In this document: in pieces, positions 26,701 through 39,960 of the stretch
How the letters are laid out: every line of letters begins with the position of its first letter
Position numbering within the stretch: the stretch's first letter is position 1
Source: Epiperipatus broadwayi
Lineage: Eukaryota > Animalia > Onychophora
Direction: 5' to 3'
Length of the DNA: 64,000 bases
Assembly (NCBI GenBank): GCA_028023455.1
Contig: JAQFVV010000005.1
Span: 6,324,001-6,388,000 of the forward strand
The notes under the pieces: generated by a model
The model's input: the letters and a program-made list of their open reading frames with translations, nothing else
What the model was told of the DNA's origin: nothing
Databases searched by the model: none
Translations under genes and position numbers: made by a program

Positions 26701-28959
26701 AGTTAATATTATTATTATTAATGAAATAAAATTTTTCAGATATTACTATGCCATGTACATGTAATATTTTATTTCATATTATTATTAGTTATATTGAATG
26801 GGATTAAATGTGATTTATCTTAAGTTTAGGTTGTATAAATGTAAGCAACTATTAAACTTATATAAAAATGTGCGATATTGCAATTTTTGCAAGATTTATG
26901 GATTCTTAAATTCAATCTCAGGGAAAGTTAAAATGGAGTTAATTATCTTTATTTAGATGAGTAAATCTGTAAGGAATATATTATATGCACATTTTTACAT
27001 GTTGAGTGTTAATGTTTCACTACTTATATAGAATGTAACAAGGCATCCTAATGATCCAGTTATATTTTGTTAGTGGAGTATCACTCCTAACATTTAAGCC
27101 TGCAAATGAATCCAGTAAAGGTGCTTGAGGCAAAATAAATAAGCCCAATGTAGTAAATATCATCTAGGTATGCTAAGCAATATTTGTACTTACTTCTCTT
27201 AAAAGAGTGAAAACTTCTCCAGGATTATTAAATGGGGTTGATTAATAATTGATTAGATAGTGAATCAAACTAATTAAAAACCACGTAGAGCATTTATCAC
27301 TGATCATTATGATGAGATTATTATCCTCCAGTATTTAAATGAGGACTATTTTTTTTGATATAGTAAACAATCTATTCTTATTTAATATTAGTGTCTTCAC
27401 ATGATTGTCTGATAACACACTTTTCATATCCCCAATTCAAATTAGATATAGTAATATTTATTAGATATTTTATATATAATTTTCTTATTATTATTAGTTT
27501 TTATTATTTATTTTATATTGTGTAATAAGATAATTCTTTGTTTTTAATATTTCTCTTTTATTATTATTAAAAAAAAACATTGTTACTGCATATTCATAAT
27601 ATTAAAAAAAAAGTTATATTTGAGATACAGATTACACTTAAAATCTATTTACATTAAATACATCATTATTGTATTAATATGATTTGAAATACAAAAGTAT
27701 TGGGTAAGATGATGTACATAAAATCTCTTTTACATTATTGTATCCTAAAATGCATAAACACACTTTACACCCATGCATTTATTTTCTTACATTATAAAAC
27801 CCTGATAGAAGTAATTAATCACCTTTGTATTTAAAATTGCTAGCCTTAGTTTTAAACCATAGATTGAGTTATTCTTAATTAGTTCTTATAGTAAGAAACA
27901 ATATATTTACAAAAAAAATTATTAATAAAATAGAATAAGGCTAAGAGTACACATATTGTTGAATAATCCTGAGAAATTTGTTTATGAATATGGATCTATT
28001 ATTAAAGTATAGATAGTTTTAGCTTATGTGGATATACATAAAACTTATATGCATTGCGGATTGCAAATCAATGACTTCAATATATATATTGTTATTTCTA
28101 CATCAGTATTGTCTATATCATGTATAGATCCATACTGATACTTATCAAAATTCAATATAATTTATCCATACTCTTTTTTTTTTTTAAGTGTCATAGCATC
28201 GGCCGGGATATATCCATAGTCAAACAATAATAAATTCTGCAATTTCATCTATTCTACACTTAATAATTTTATCTCAATGCACCTATGTTCTTAACATTTA
28301 CAAAGACAATTTTTGAAATTCATTCTGTATCTCTATCATACTTTCTATTCTTCCCTAATAAAATATATATCGGTAAATCCCCCCCCCCCCAATTTTTCAT
28401 TATCTTAAAAATATACCTCAATTATTGCTACAATTAACTTAGATGGTCTCTTCTCTTCTTGAAGATTTACATATTATGGCATCTTTTATATTAATATGTA
28501 TAAAAATAATTTTAACAGTTAAAAATAAAAAATAAATTAATATAATTACCAGTATCATTTTAAATTTCTGGGTTCTACAAAAATGCATCTGCTTATGAAT
28601 CCTGATAAATTAGCATTTCCCCCTAGGTTTTGACTATTTTTCGTATATAATCCCATTTCTAAATATTTAGCAAAAGGAAACAACTATGAGCATTATTCCT
28701 TTTTTTTTTTTAAAAAAAAAAAACTTGTTTAGAAGTTTGCCATGCTTATGATGATCATTAAAAAAATTAATAAGAAAAAATATCCATTTACATAATTATA
28801 AAATATTAAAGCAGAACATAAATAAAATAAAAACTTAAAAATTCTTTATATGTATAAATTTAATACAACAGAACCTTAGCATCTATTCTATTCTAATTTG
28901 TTCTGAAACTCATAATAGATGTTTTGAGTTAGCAAATAATAGTTTAAGCTTAAACTTTG

Positions 28960-30700
28960 TCTCATGTGCATGTACAAAATCCAATGCCCCCCCCCCCTAG
29001 ACATTTTATCAAGTAGTAGACAAACTAAAGATGATATTGGGTAACATGAAGACCAATCTATAAACCATAAATACGTTGAAATATAGAGGATTATTCTATT
29101 TACTTGATATTTTGAGACTATCTTTTAAAATCTACAGCAAATTATTCTTTTTGAAAGACTCAAATACTTTATCTATCCCATAAAAACCATGCTCAAGTTC
29201 ATCATAGTTTTTAAGAAAAAATTTTATCATTCATTTCATACATTCAACAAAAATGTGATTTTTATCATAGTCAATTCTTACTTCTATACAATAAATTAAT
29301 TAAAATAACAGCTCTATTGTAAAACTATTTGCAACATCACTCCAATAAAATATCCTATCTTTTAATTTGTTAAAACCAGCAACAGCCTGTTGAAATCTAT
29401 AAGACTGCCCACATATTTTTAAAGTAGTTCATATTCTCATATCAATAAATATCTAAGCTAGTTGTTGAAAACTTTTCTTCTATTACTGACTGACAAATGA
29501 TTTGTTTTTTGATATTGCATTCAAAATATTAATAACAGGAATAACACAATCACATGTCAAATGCTTTTTTATTTTTAATTAAGTCAGAGTCCACCACCAA
29601 ACCTGCATTTCTTCCTGATGCCTGTTTCATGAAGTAAACTATAAACAGTTCAAAAAACACTGTCATCAAAAATTAAAAACAAAGTTGGAATTAGTACATA
29701 TTATTAAAAATGTCTCAGATTTTTGGTGTATAGTAATATCACTTCCTCTCATTCCATCATGTAAGAGCTATATAATAAGAATAATCGTTGGTGGACAACC
29801 AACTAACTCAAATAGGGTCATAGACCTGATGATGTATTTACCAAATCAATAAAAACAATTGTCCCTGATATTTTTCTGGTATTTATCTGATAACCATTTT
29901 TGCAATGATTTTTGATTTTCAAAAACCAAATTCTCTGGAAGTTATCTATTTAAAAAAATCCATGAAAGTATCTGTGTTAATATAGTCAACAATATTCCAT
30001 GGTAATTAGAGCAGTCTTGTCTATCTTCTATTTTAAAAATTTAAACAATAGAAGCAACCTTGAGATCAGATGGCACAACTTCATGAGTCAACAATATTCC
30101 AGTTCTTTTGAAACTAATATATCACAAGCATATGTTAAACTTTTCTTGATATCTAATCAAGATCAGCATCCTATCCACATTTTTTTAAGACTTCAAGACT
30201 TGTTCAAAGTTCATTAGCTAGATATATTTGTCCAAATAAATAAATTGATATGTTGGATATATCATTAAAAATTATCATCTCACTTCTTGTATTATTATTC
30301 AAAAGTTAATCAAAATATACCCCAACCTGTTTGAAAAATTACTGCCAAAGTTTCTTCAATGAATTTAATAGGATTATGACATTATTTTTCAGGTCCATAA
30401 GTTAATTTAAATACACAATAAAAAAGATCTAGGGACCACAACCAGAACATGTCTGTATATCTTTTGCTTCAGTAGCATAATAATCTTGAAAATTCCAATT
30501 TAACAATTTACTGTTTAGCAGTTGTTGAAATTTAGCATTTATACTAGAAGCTTCTAAATAATAAATATTAAGTTCATTATGAATATGCTTGGAATAAGAC
30601 TTATTTTTTAAAATAACTATCTTTTTGATCTTCAAGATATTAATCTACGATCTGTTCAACAATCTGCATTTGTGAATGCTTGAGTATTTATATATTTTTT
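28960..30700 (-). mobile_element. Decayed RTE-clade LINE RT region
   Basis: Manual translation gives EVVPSDLKVASIV*IFK..DCSNYHGILL, VGCPPTII..LHDGMRG, CRFGGGL, AVAGFNKLKDRIF, VILINLLYRSKN* and LKDSLK, in the order of RTE/BovB-type ORF2 motifs. Confidence 0.75.
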
Positions 30701-31185
30701 AATATCTGAGATATAATGTAGTACTAAAGCTTTTTTATATCAGTTTTTCTCTCTAAACAAGATATTTGTGATAATCAATCCATATGTTATCCAAAATCTC
30801 AATAATAGATCATTTGAATTTACAGCGCCTATATCATTTTCAACAACTTTTGACTAAAATTTACTGCTCATACCAACAAATCTACAAAAAGTAAAACTTG
30901 CTATTTTAATAGTATTGATGTAATAATGCTATTCAGAAAAAGTAAAAATTTAATTTGGGAATATATATACTAATAAAATGAGCACAAACATTGCATAAAA
31001 CAAGTTTCAATATTATTTGGTTTCCCATTGACATATATATATATATTGTAATAATAGGCCAACTCTAGTCATGTCAGATATTACAAGCTTAGGAAATTTA
31101 AAGTTAGCATGAGGAAATGATAAGATTTAATTTTCTCATGTTTTTTTTTTTATATTATCAAGCAGTAACTACTAAGAAATATAAA

Positions 31186-31234
31186 AAATGTGTGGAATTT
31201 TCATATCTAAATGATATGAAAATTCCACACATTT
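31186..31234. repeat. Perfect inverted repeat, 22-bp arms, 5-nt loop
   Basis: aaatgtgtggaattttcatatc-taaat-gatatgaaaattccacacattt. Confidence 0.95.
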
Positions 31235-34227
31235 CTTAAAAATAATGTGAATATTTATAATTTTTGATAAATAGTTGTAAAAAAGAGAGAAAAAATATAC
31301 AAAAATATTAAAACTAATATTTTTTTTAATTCTCGCTCTTCAGTAATTTAATCTACTAGTTTTAATTTTTTTAAAAGAAAAAATAAGATAATTTTTTCTC
31401 TCCTCAGTAATTTATTACATTTCAACTTTAAAAAATAATAATGAGATAAATAAATAAAATTTAATCTACTGTTTATCAGGTTTTTAAAAAAAAAAAAAAT
31501 GAAGTTTTAACATTTTTATTAAGAAATATTAATTAAAGTGCTTTTTTCCTCTTCTTATGTCTAAAAAATTAAAAATATGTTTAATTATAAGATTATCTTG
31601 TTTTTTGGCAATTAAGAGAAAAAATAACTACAGAGAAATTTTTTTTATATATGATTGGAATTTTTTTAATTAAAAAAAGGAAATAACCTTTTGGGAAAAT
31701 AGACTCAATTAGTCAGTGTTTAATGCTATCATGTTTGAGATAATGTGATTGGATGGATACACTACTATTCCAAAAAAGTAATATAGGAGACAGGCCCTAT
31801 ATCTTGTGACAAGAAAACATTCTTGATTCAACTGTTGAAAAAAACATTAGCAGTAGTTCACCTGTAAAAAGTAAAAAATAATTTTATGAAAACTCATCTC
31901 AAGTATTAATTTAAAAAATAATTTTTAAAATGGATTTGAAGAAACTACGAGTTGTTTTAGCTAGAAGCTGAGAATCAAGAAACTTCACTATGTAGCCTGT
32001 TCATTAAAAAAAAAATGTAGAATGAAAATACTCTGAGAAATCTGCAACAAACCTTGTCTCCATCCAAAAGTATGATTTTCATTCTATGATAACCTGTTCT
32101 GCTAATTATTATATTGGTAACACAGAGAAATTCAGCTTATGTTAAAGTGACATGAAAATATATTCTCAAATGGAAAAATTTAACAATGTACATTACCCTG
32201 GAAATCTGTGTTAATGGAGAAGTTTTCATAATGAAAATTTGAACTAAAAAACTTCTAGAAAAAAAAGATTATTGAAATTAAACATTTGAAGCCTACAAGA
32301 AGAAAAACCAATGTGAAAGAAAACTGAAAATTACAACTAACAAAGAACTCATAAGAAAAAAAACCATGGTAAGAAGCTATTATAATGGGCACACCTACAG
32401 TTACAAATAAGTTTTAATAATGTGAAAGGTTGAAACCTGTGACAAATGCGCCTTAAAAATGCTTATAGGACAGCCAAGGCAGATATTTTACAAGAAAAAG
32501 ATGGTTCTACCTTCTTCTCTATTTAAATTTATATATAAATAAGCCAGTCTCAAGCATTTTGACCTAAGAGCGTGAAGCCTTAAACACCTTCACATTTAAT
32601 TCACTAAATATTATATATAAATAAACAACTTGAAATCTTTTGATTTACAATAAGTTTTAATATAAATAATAATTAGTAATAATAAATAATTTTTTTTAAA
32701 ATATATTTTTTATTCATTTGATTTTCCCTTCAAAATTGTAAAAAAAGATTTTAGTTAATTTAAATTTTCTCATCTCTTATTTATGTGATATTGTTTTATA
32801 TTTGGTTAAACCTGAAAGTAAAGGTTAATTAATGTACTATAATAAAAATCAACTCATTTTGCTATTCAAAATTATAATCTTTTGACAAAATATATGAGTT
32901 GGAAGTATCATATATCTTTTCTCAATTTTCTTAATTAATTTATTAAAAAACTGTTAAAAAGTGTTAATGCCTTTATTCTTCTAGCTATATTCTCTATGAA
33001 TTAGAAGTGTGTGTGACTTGATTTCATTATAGAGTAGTGTTTCAAGGGATTTGTAAATTATTCCAGTAAAATTATTTAACTTAGATTAAGCAAATACATT
33101 TATACTTTCTCTAGTTTAGACACAGTCCCTAGAGTCCTTGTGATCTTGAGCTACCTTTAAAGTAGTAAAGATTAATTTATTTATATGTGGAAATTTATGT
33201 TTGGACATCCAGATGGTTTTCTAGATGGGGCAAAGGTAAAAATGACTGTTAAGGTCCACTGATTGTATTTTATTTTAAAATTAAAACACATGGCTAGAGC
33301 ATTAATAATGATCAGCATATATCAAGTATGTGCATGCAGATAATTGTTTATATATCATCCCTAAGTTTGGCATGGACCATTGAATCCTTTTTCAATCCAC
33401 TCACAAGGTATGACTATTGACTATTTTAGTTTAATGCTGGTGTTGCAACTTAAAAGTATAAATATTATAACTATTCATACTGTTTTAGGCTGATACTATT
33501 AGTCCTTTTGTAGCCAACCATCTGTTTTATTAAATTTCCTCTAGAGAATAAGTTTCATTAAAAGCAGTTATATCAATTTAAAGTGTTGATAGCTCCTTAG
33601 TTAGAACTGCTATTCTTTATCCTGGTCTTGAATTTTGCATATTTTATCAATATTTAGAAAAAAAATATTTATCTATTCTTATTACTTTACTATCATTAAC
33701 AATACCAATTTTACAATAATTTCCATCACTTCAATGATCTGCCAGGAACAATCTAACCTACACCAATAGATAATTTTTAAATCTCCTTTATGATAGACAG
33801 ATCCATAAATAAGACTGCCTAAGCATAAATTTTTACAGACTGAAACTTCTATTCCAATTCAGTTTCAACATATCCCATAGGTGATTATAATGATTTAAGC
33901 AAAGATCACAACTAATGTTTCCAGAATATTAAACCTATCCCAATATTAGTTTTTTTTGCATTTAAGAGTTTATGTTAAAAAAAGTAGTCCCTTTATGAAA
34001 AAATGTAATAATAAACTCAGAAAGCATATTTACATATATATGTAGTAGGTGAGTGTATATGTATTCATTTGCTATATTGTCTCACACATATAATTTTCCT
34101 TTAATATAATGCATTTTTATAATTTTATTTTTTATGAAAATAGACAAAGAAAAATTAGTATATTGACTTTCTGCAGCTGCTGATATATCAAAAAATCATC
34201 CATTCCTGATGATCTTGGAGCCCTAAA

Positions 34228-35110
34228 TTATGAAGATAAGGCATCTATCTGTGGAAAACATAGTAAGTTTGAAATGATTGAAGTTGATGGAGTTTCATCA
34301 TTTTTTTGTATTGAAAAGTTTTTAATAATCATTATACTGGAAAATTGTTTCTTCTTTCTTTTTAATTTATCAAAGTAGTCTTGCAGAAGATTATAATATG
34401 TTACTCTCATAATGCTATGTTCCATCAGAGCCATTTTCAATAATTTTATTATTTAGAATCCATGCAATATTAAACATTTTACCAAGTTCTTCTAATGTCC
34501 ATTACTAGTTCTTTTCCTCTTCATTTTCTTCTTTCACCCCCTCTCCAGAATGATGATGACAACAAAATCTTAACTATTCATTTATTAGGCATTCTATATG
34601 GCTTTCAAAATTCTACAATTTCTTCATCAGTTATATCAACAAATCTATCTTCCCCAAGACCTTGTTCTGCATAAAAAAATTTTTTTTAACTTTCTTAATA
34701 GCATTCAAAGTCATTAATGACTTCATTCCATACTGAAAATATACTAAACCTTATTTTCAGTTATGCAGCTTCTTTAGGAATTTTGATGTTAAGTCCATAT
34801 CTATTTCTGAATTTATATAAGTACCCCTGTTTGGAGTCATCTTTTTCAGTAGATTTGCAACTAAACTTTTCACACATGATTGAAGCTTTTTGATTACCAA
34901 CAGCCCTCCAAGTCATACCTTTTATCCACAAATTCAGCACTTATTGAATGTTTGCCAAAAAATTATCTCATACCATAGTTACAATTTTAACTTTTTCAAG
35001 AGCATAAACAATAATGGCATGGATTTTTTTTTCTTCATCTTTTCAGTATTTCTTGACTGGATGATATTTATTCATTTTAAATAAATGGCCCACGTTCATT
35101 AAGATTTTTT
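34228..35110 (-). mobile_element. Internally deleted Tigger/pogo transposase remnant
   Basis: CENP-B-type HTH-like VLNLWIKGM..IMCEK..SKQGYLYKFRNRYGLNIKIPKEAA, followed almost directly by the C-terminal-like GEDRFVDITDEEIVEF and KLKRKKKQ. No DDE region seen. Confidence 0.65.
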
Positions 35111-37258
35111 TTCTTTCACTATTAAGTTAATAATTTTCATTTTTGTTACTATTTATAGTTAGAAATTTCATATGAAATTTTAAACTCTTGTCAAAAAAAA
35201 AAAAAATTTAAAAAAAATCCATGTGCAATGAAATCAGATAGCAATGAAAGTGAGGCTGAATGAGTTCATTTGAGGTAGCAAAATTTAGAACTGATATAAG
35301 TCTAAAAAATGGTTGTCACTATACTGTAATATTTATATAAGTAGAAAATATCGATGCAATAGATGTTAAGATTTCAATCTACTATGAGCTTCTCAATTAA
35401 AACAATTAGAGATTTATAATGAATAAATTAATACATGCATTTTAATACTAAGGTTACAATATTTCTTGAATGAAAAATGCAACCAAAAATTCAATAAAAA
35501 AAAGACTAAGACCAATTCACATTTGAATTCATTTTTATTTGAAGAAGTTTTCAGTTTGAAACTGGTTTAATCAACCAAATATTGTCCATCAAAAAAAAAA
35601 AAAACTCCAACTAATGTTGTTATCCTCACAAGCTGAGCTCCATTAGTTTTTCAAACTATTGACAATCACTCTCATTTGTTTTAATCCCTTTGAATATCTC
35701 AACTTAAATATTAACAAAACTCAAAATATTCTGATATTCTTTTATCTGAAAAGAGTGCTTGTTTTTTTTTTCAATTTTAATTTTTAATTTTTGCAAAATT
35801 ATTTTTATAACTGAAATTTCATCAAAAAGACCTCAATAACTGATTTTATAAGAAATCAACAAATTGTGCAAATGCTGCGATATCTGGTCACTAAGGTGTA
35901 AAATTCCAATTTAACTATTCACATTTCTAAGTAAGGGATAACACTTCTTGTAAAAATTCAAATTCAAAGCAAAATTTTCAAAATTTTTTTGCTTGAAAAA
36001 TTAAAATGAACTTATTCTATCTTCCAACTTATTAATTTTGTTTTCAATTCCTGTGTTTCAAAGCCATCTTTGTAACTGAATTTTTTTTTTTTTTTGCAGA
36101 GCTTCTTGAAAAACTTAAAGGTTACTTGGAACAAATAATTTACTAAGATTTTCAAAAACAACTCTGATTAATTGGGGGCAAGAATTTTATGTTTAACAAG
36201 AATTAAGATTTCAATCATACCCAAATTAAAAGAATTCTTTGTAGATTAGATACTGGATTTGAATATCATATAGTTCAGTGATACAATAGTTTTTTTGCTC
36301 TCTGTTTTTTTAACCTATATATTTTAATTAGTCATTTCTACATCAAAACACAGCTAATCTACACAATTCTGTACACAATTATGATAGGCATTTGCACACA
36401 GCCCCAAACTTCAAAGAGTTTATAGCTCATTGATTATTTTAACTTTGTATGAACATTAGTTTTGTGCCCCTTTCCCCCAATACTCCAAAATTTGTATAAT
36501 TTTTTTATAAGTTCAGTTACATTTTAGTCATATATAGGCTAAAATATTAGCTATCTGTCCTGTTTCATCAGTCTGTCAATCATATTTTAATTTCAAAATA
36601 TGGAACAAGTATCTTATTTATTACAAAATTCTCTACTGAATGTAACAACTGATATAGTAACTATTATCTTTCAAAAGAAAAAAAGGATCACTTCAATTTC
36701 ATTTTTGAAAAATAACTAAAAGTTGTTTAATTAAAGATTTAAATATAAATAAATCATTAATAGACAGTTGTTGTCTTAATCTATTAAAATAAAAGTTTTG
36801 GATAAACATTACAATCAATAGATTAATTTAAAAAATAATCCTCTCTGCAAAAAAAGATAAATGGTAATTAAATTGAAAAACACAGTAGTTACTTCAGAAG
36901 TAAAAGACACATTAATTAAGTAGCTAATATAAAAACTAGAATAGAATTTTTAAAGTGATTTCAATTCTGAAGATTGACTGCTATAGAAGAGGAAAATTCA
37001 ACTCAGATTGCATACATTTTTTTGTTAAATCTCTAATTTTTATAAAACCAAACATAATAAAGGTGCTATTTTACATTTTTCTTTATTAATATTTTATAGA
37101 AAAAAGAAAATTTCCATTGTTTCATGTAATTTGACATTTCCTTCCATTTTAATGTTAAAGTCTCCTATGTTTGCCTGTCCCAACATTTTCAAGTCTTAGA
37201 ATGTTCCTTTCTATATCAAATGCTCCCTCATGACAAATTTTAGTTGACTGTGCCAGTT

Positions 37259-38962
37259 TTCTTTTGCCTCACTTCAAAAAGTAAAGGGTTAGACAAATTA
37301 GAATCAGTTGTTCGCATTTGGGAATTTTAATTCTATATGAGAGATTATATATCTATATTTTCATTATTGATACTTTCAATAGCTAACCTTAATAACTTAA
37401 GTATGCAAATCTCAATAATATAGGTTCCATTATTTTAATTATTAGCAGACAAATGTACGAATACGTATATAAATATATTTTTATATAATACAATAATATA
37501 CTTAGGATATAGAAACCTATGGCAAGTATAATGATAATAAAGGTTAAACATAATCTACAAGTGTTTAGATCTATGGATTTACTCTCTTCAGGCTAGATAT
37601 CAGGGCAATTAAAAAAAAGCTGGGTTAAGGGAAAAACAGAAAGTGTGATTTCCAACAACATTGTAAAAATAAAGATAGAAGAAGGTATCACATCCATCAA
37701 AATGAAGTTCCAAAAGCAAAAGATTACAAAGAACTCGAGAAGGAACAATTGAATCAACATTGGTGAACTTTCCAGAAAAAAAATTAGCAAATACTTGGCT
37801 AGAACATTAGAGAAGCAAGAGAAGAATTAAAATCAAAATAACTGAAACATTATGTCCAAAATTAAATAAAAAATCAGTACTTCTGAAACAGAGGGACGTA
37901 ATGCTATGTTTGAAAAGAAAACATAAACAAGTAAAAATAGATCACTTTCAATTCTTTTGAAAAATATCTAAAAGTAAGTTTGATTAAATATTCAAGAATA
38001 GATAAACAAATAATAGAAAAAGGATTACTGCCTTAATTTACTAAAAATGGATTTAATCAATAGATTAATCAACAAAACTGAAAATTCCCTCTTTTAGAGA
38101 AAAATATTAATTATAAATGATAATTAAGATGACAAGTACAAGTTACTTCAAGTAAAAATATATTAATTAAATAGGCTATCATAAAGACAGAAACAAATTT
38201 TTTTAGGTAACTTCGATTCTGAAGACTAGCCGCTATAAAAGAGGAATATTCAATCTGGGATCATCTAGCCTGAAGAGTAGATCTGGTTATAATTGATCTT
38301 TATCATTTTATATGCCATATGTTTTTATAAACTATATATGTTATTAACAAAGAGCTTTGCTAATTGCTCAACAAGCTTTATGATAATAAATGCTTAGCAA
38401 GAGAAAGCATTTAAAATATCTCTATCAGAAATCACAACCAAACCCCAGACCAATGGTTTCGTGCTTTGGCACTCCTCAGTAAAGCGCTAGGGTAGTTTCA
38501 GACACTAGATCTAAAAATACCAACCCAAAGCTAGCATTTACCTAAGAGTTAACCATTGAGTAGAAAATCTGAAATTTTCAGATGTCTTCAAACCGAGCTA
38601 TCTAACTCAAATAGCTATATGGGGCTGAGAGATCTTCAACCAAACCATATATCAGTAGACTTGTTAAGCAATTAGCAAAGTTCTTTGTTTATATTTTACA
38701 AGCTTAAAAAAAAAAAGTGGGGTCATGTGATATGACTATTTTTATATATGTTATTATATTATATAAAAATGTATTTTACGAGTATTTGTAAATTTGTCTG
38801 CTAATATTATAAAATAGAACTTTTAGAGTTGCCTAATTAACTTATTAAGATTAGTTAGGGAAAATAAAGATAAAAAATGAGATAAGAATTAAAATTTCAA
38901 AGTGGGAAGAATTGACTCTAATTTGTCTAACACTTTGCCTAGTAATGTGAAACAAAAGAGTA
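37259..38962. repeat. Long degenerate inverted repeat pair (~37259-37500 and ~38745-38962)
   Basis: Shared blocks gttagacaaattagaatca, aattttaattct, cttaataa, attagcagacaaat and tttttatataata occur in inverted orientation, roughly 70% identical by eye. Confidence 0.75.
38443..38484 (-). ncRNA. Family C minimal type I hammerhead ribozyme, catalytic core intact
   Basis: Minus strand: cuuua-CUGAGGA-GUGC caaa GCAC-GAAA-CCA u UGG-UC-ugggg. Predicted cleavage between 38448 and 38447. Stem I is weak (three G-U pairs). Confidence 0.8.
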
Positions 38963-39399
38963 ATAAAATTAACACTATTTAATTCATTTTGTACTTAATA
39001 TATTACAAAAGTAGCAACTAAGTTAATTGCTGTTTTGGTTCTAAAGCTGGAATGTTTTGAATCATAAAGAAATTAGCAGTCACATAATTTACAATATTTT
39101 ATCAAGTACTACTGCATGAAAAGAAAATGTAGAGTAATTTATTTAGTTGCACTATCAAATTAAACTATTTTTTTCTCACAAAACGAGATGAAATCATGAG
39201 AATTCCAAAGAGTACAATAATAAGAATATCAATCCCTTTTCTCTATTTTTACTTCTAGAAAATAAATATTTACTTTCCTTTCTACATCTACAAAGCTAGT
39301 TTGATTAACTTTTTCAAACATAGAACTTACCTAAAATAGCAAGCAAACAAGACATTGCAATTATCTACATTAAGTTAAACTGAATGCTAATTAAATTCC

Positions 39400-39960
39400 G
39401 TAATTCGTCCAGCATTACATATTCCAAGGAACTTTCTCTACAAATTTATTTAATATTTTTTAGATTGTTTTATGGGAAGATAGAGTGACGAATTCGAGTT
39501 CAAGCTATCATTTATGGTATTCAATTATCACATGATCCCAATCAACCAACCATCCTATGATATTTTTCTCACGTGATTAGCCATTATGTCGCAAAAATAT
39601 AAATGATTCTACGACAATTGCGACACTTAGAATATATTGTCGGTTCTTGTAACAAAAGCAAGCCGATATTTTGAAAATTTGTTTAACAGATGAATTTTTT
39701 TGTTAAACAGCTTAATTATTAAAAAAGAAACGTATAGAGATTTTTTTATGATTAAAATATACTAATAATTTTGCAAATAAAAAAATATTTTTTATTATTT
39801 AAATACGCATATCATTTGACTTAACAATATTCAATTGAATAAATTTTAATTTATCATGATGTTAAAAAAAAAAAGGTATGAAAGCTCTTAAATGTATAGG
39901 GAGTGCGGGGAGAGGGGGGCGTGTTTACCAACAATTTTCTTTACGATGCACAAGAATTTT
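39400..39960. promoter_or_regulatory. CpG-retaining patch, candidate promoter
   Basis: About 15 CpGs by eye in ~560 bp against very few in the flanks. Palindromic tcacgtga E-box and a G-rich gcggggagagggggggcg stretch. Strong minus-strand donor AG|GTAAGT near 39330. Confidence 0.35.

Noticed and set aside
29700-29900. Initial reading as a Tc1/IS630 PIELVW motif
   Set aside because: Another frame gives a much longer colinear match to RTE reverse transcriptase.
31950-32600. Purine-rich stretch suggestive of a LINE 3' region (also 37600-38000)
   Set aside because: Only vague motif resemblance, too decayed to call.
34585-34632. Minus-strand ctgatga...gaaa with an AU-rich stem
   Set aside because: No valid stem III or NUH site. 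Explained by the Tigger-like codons DITDEEIVEF.
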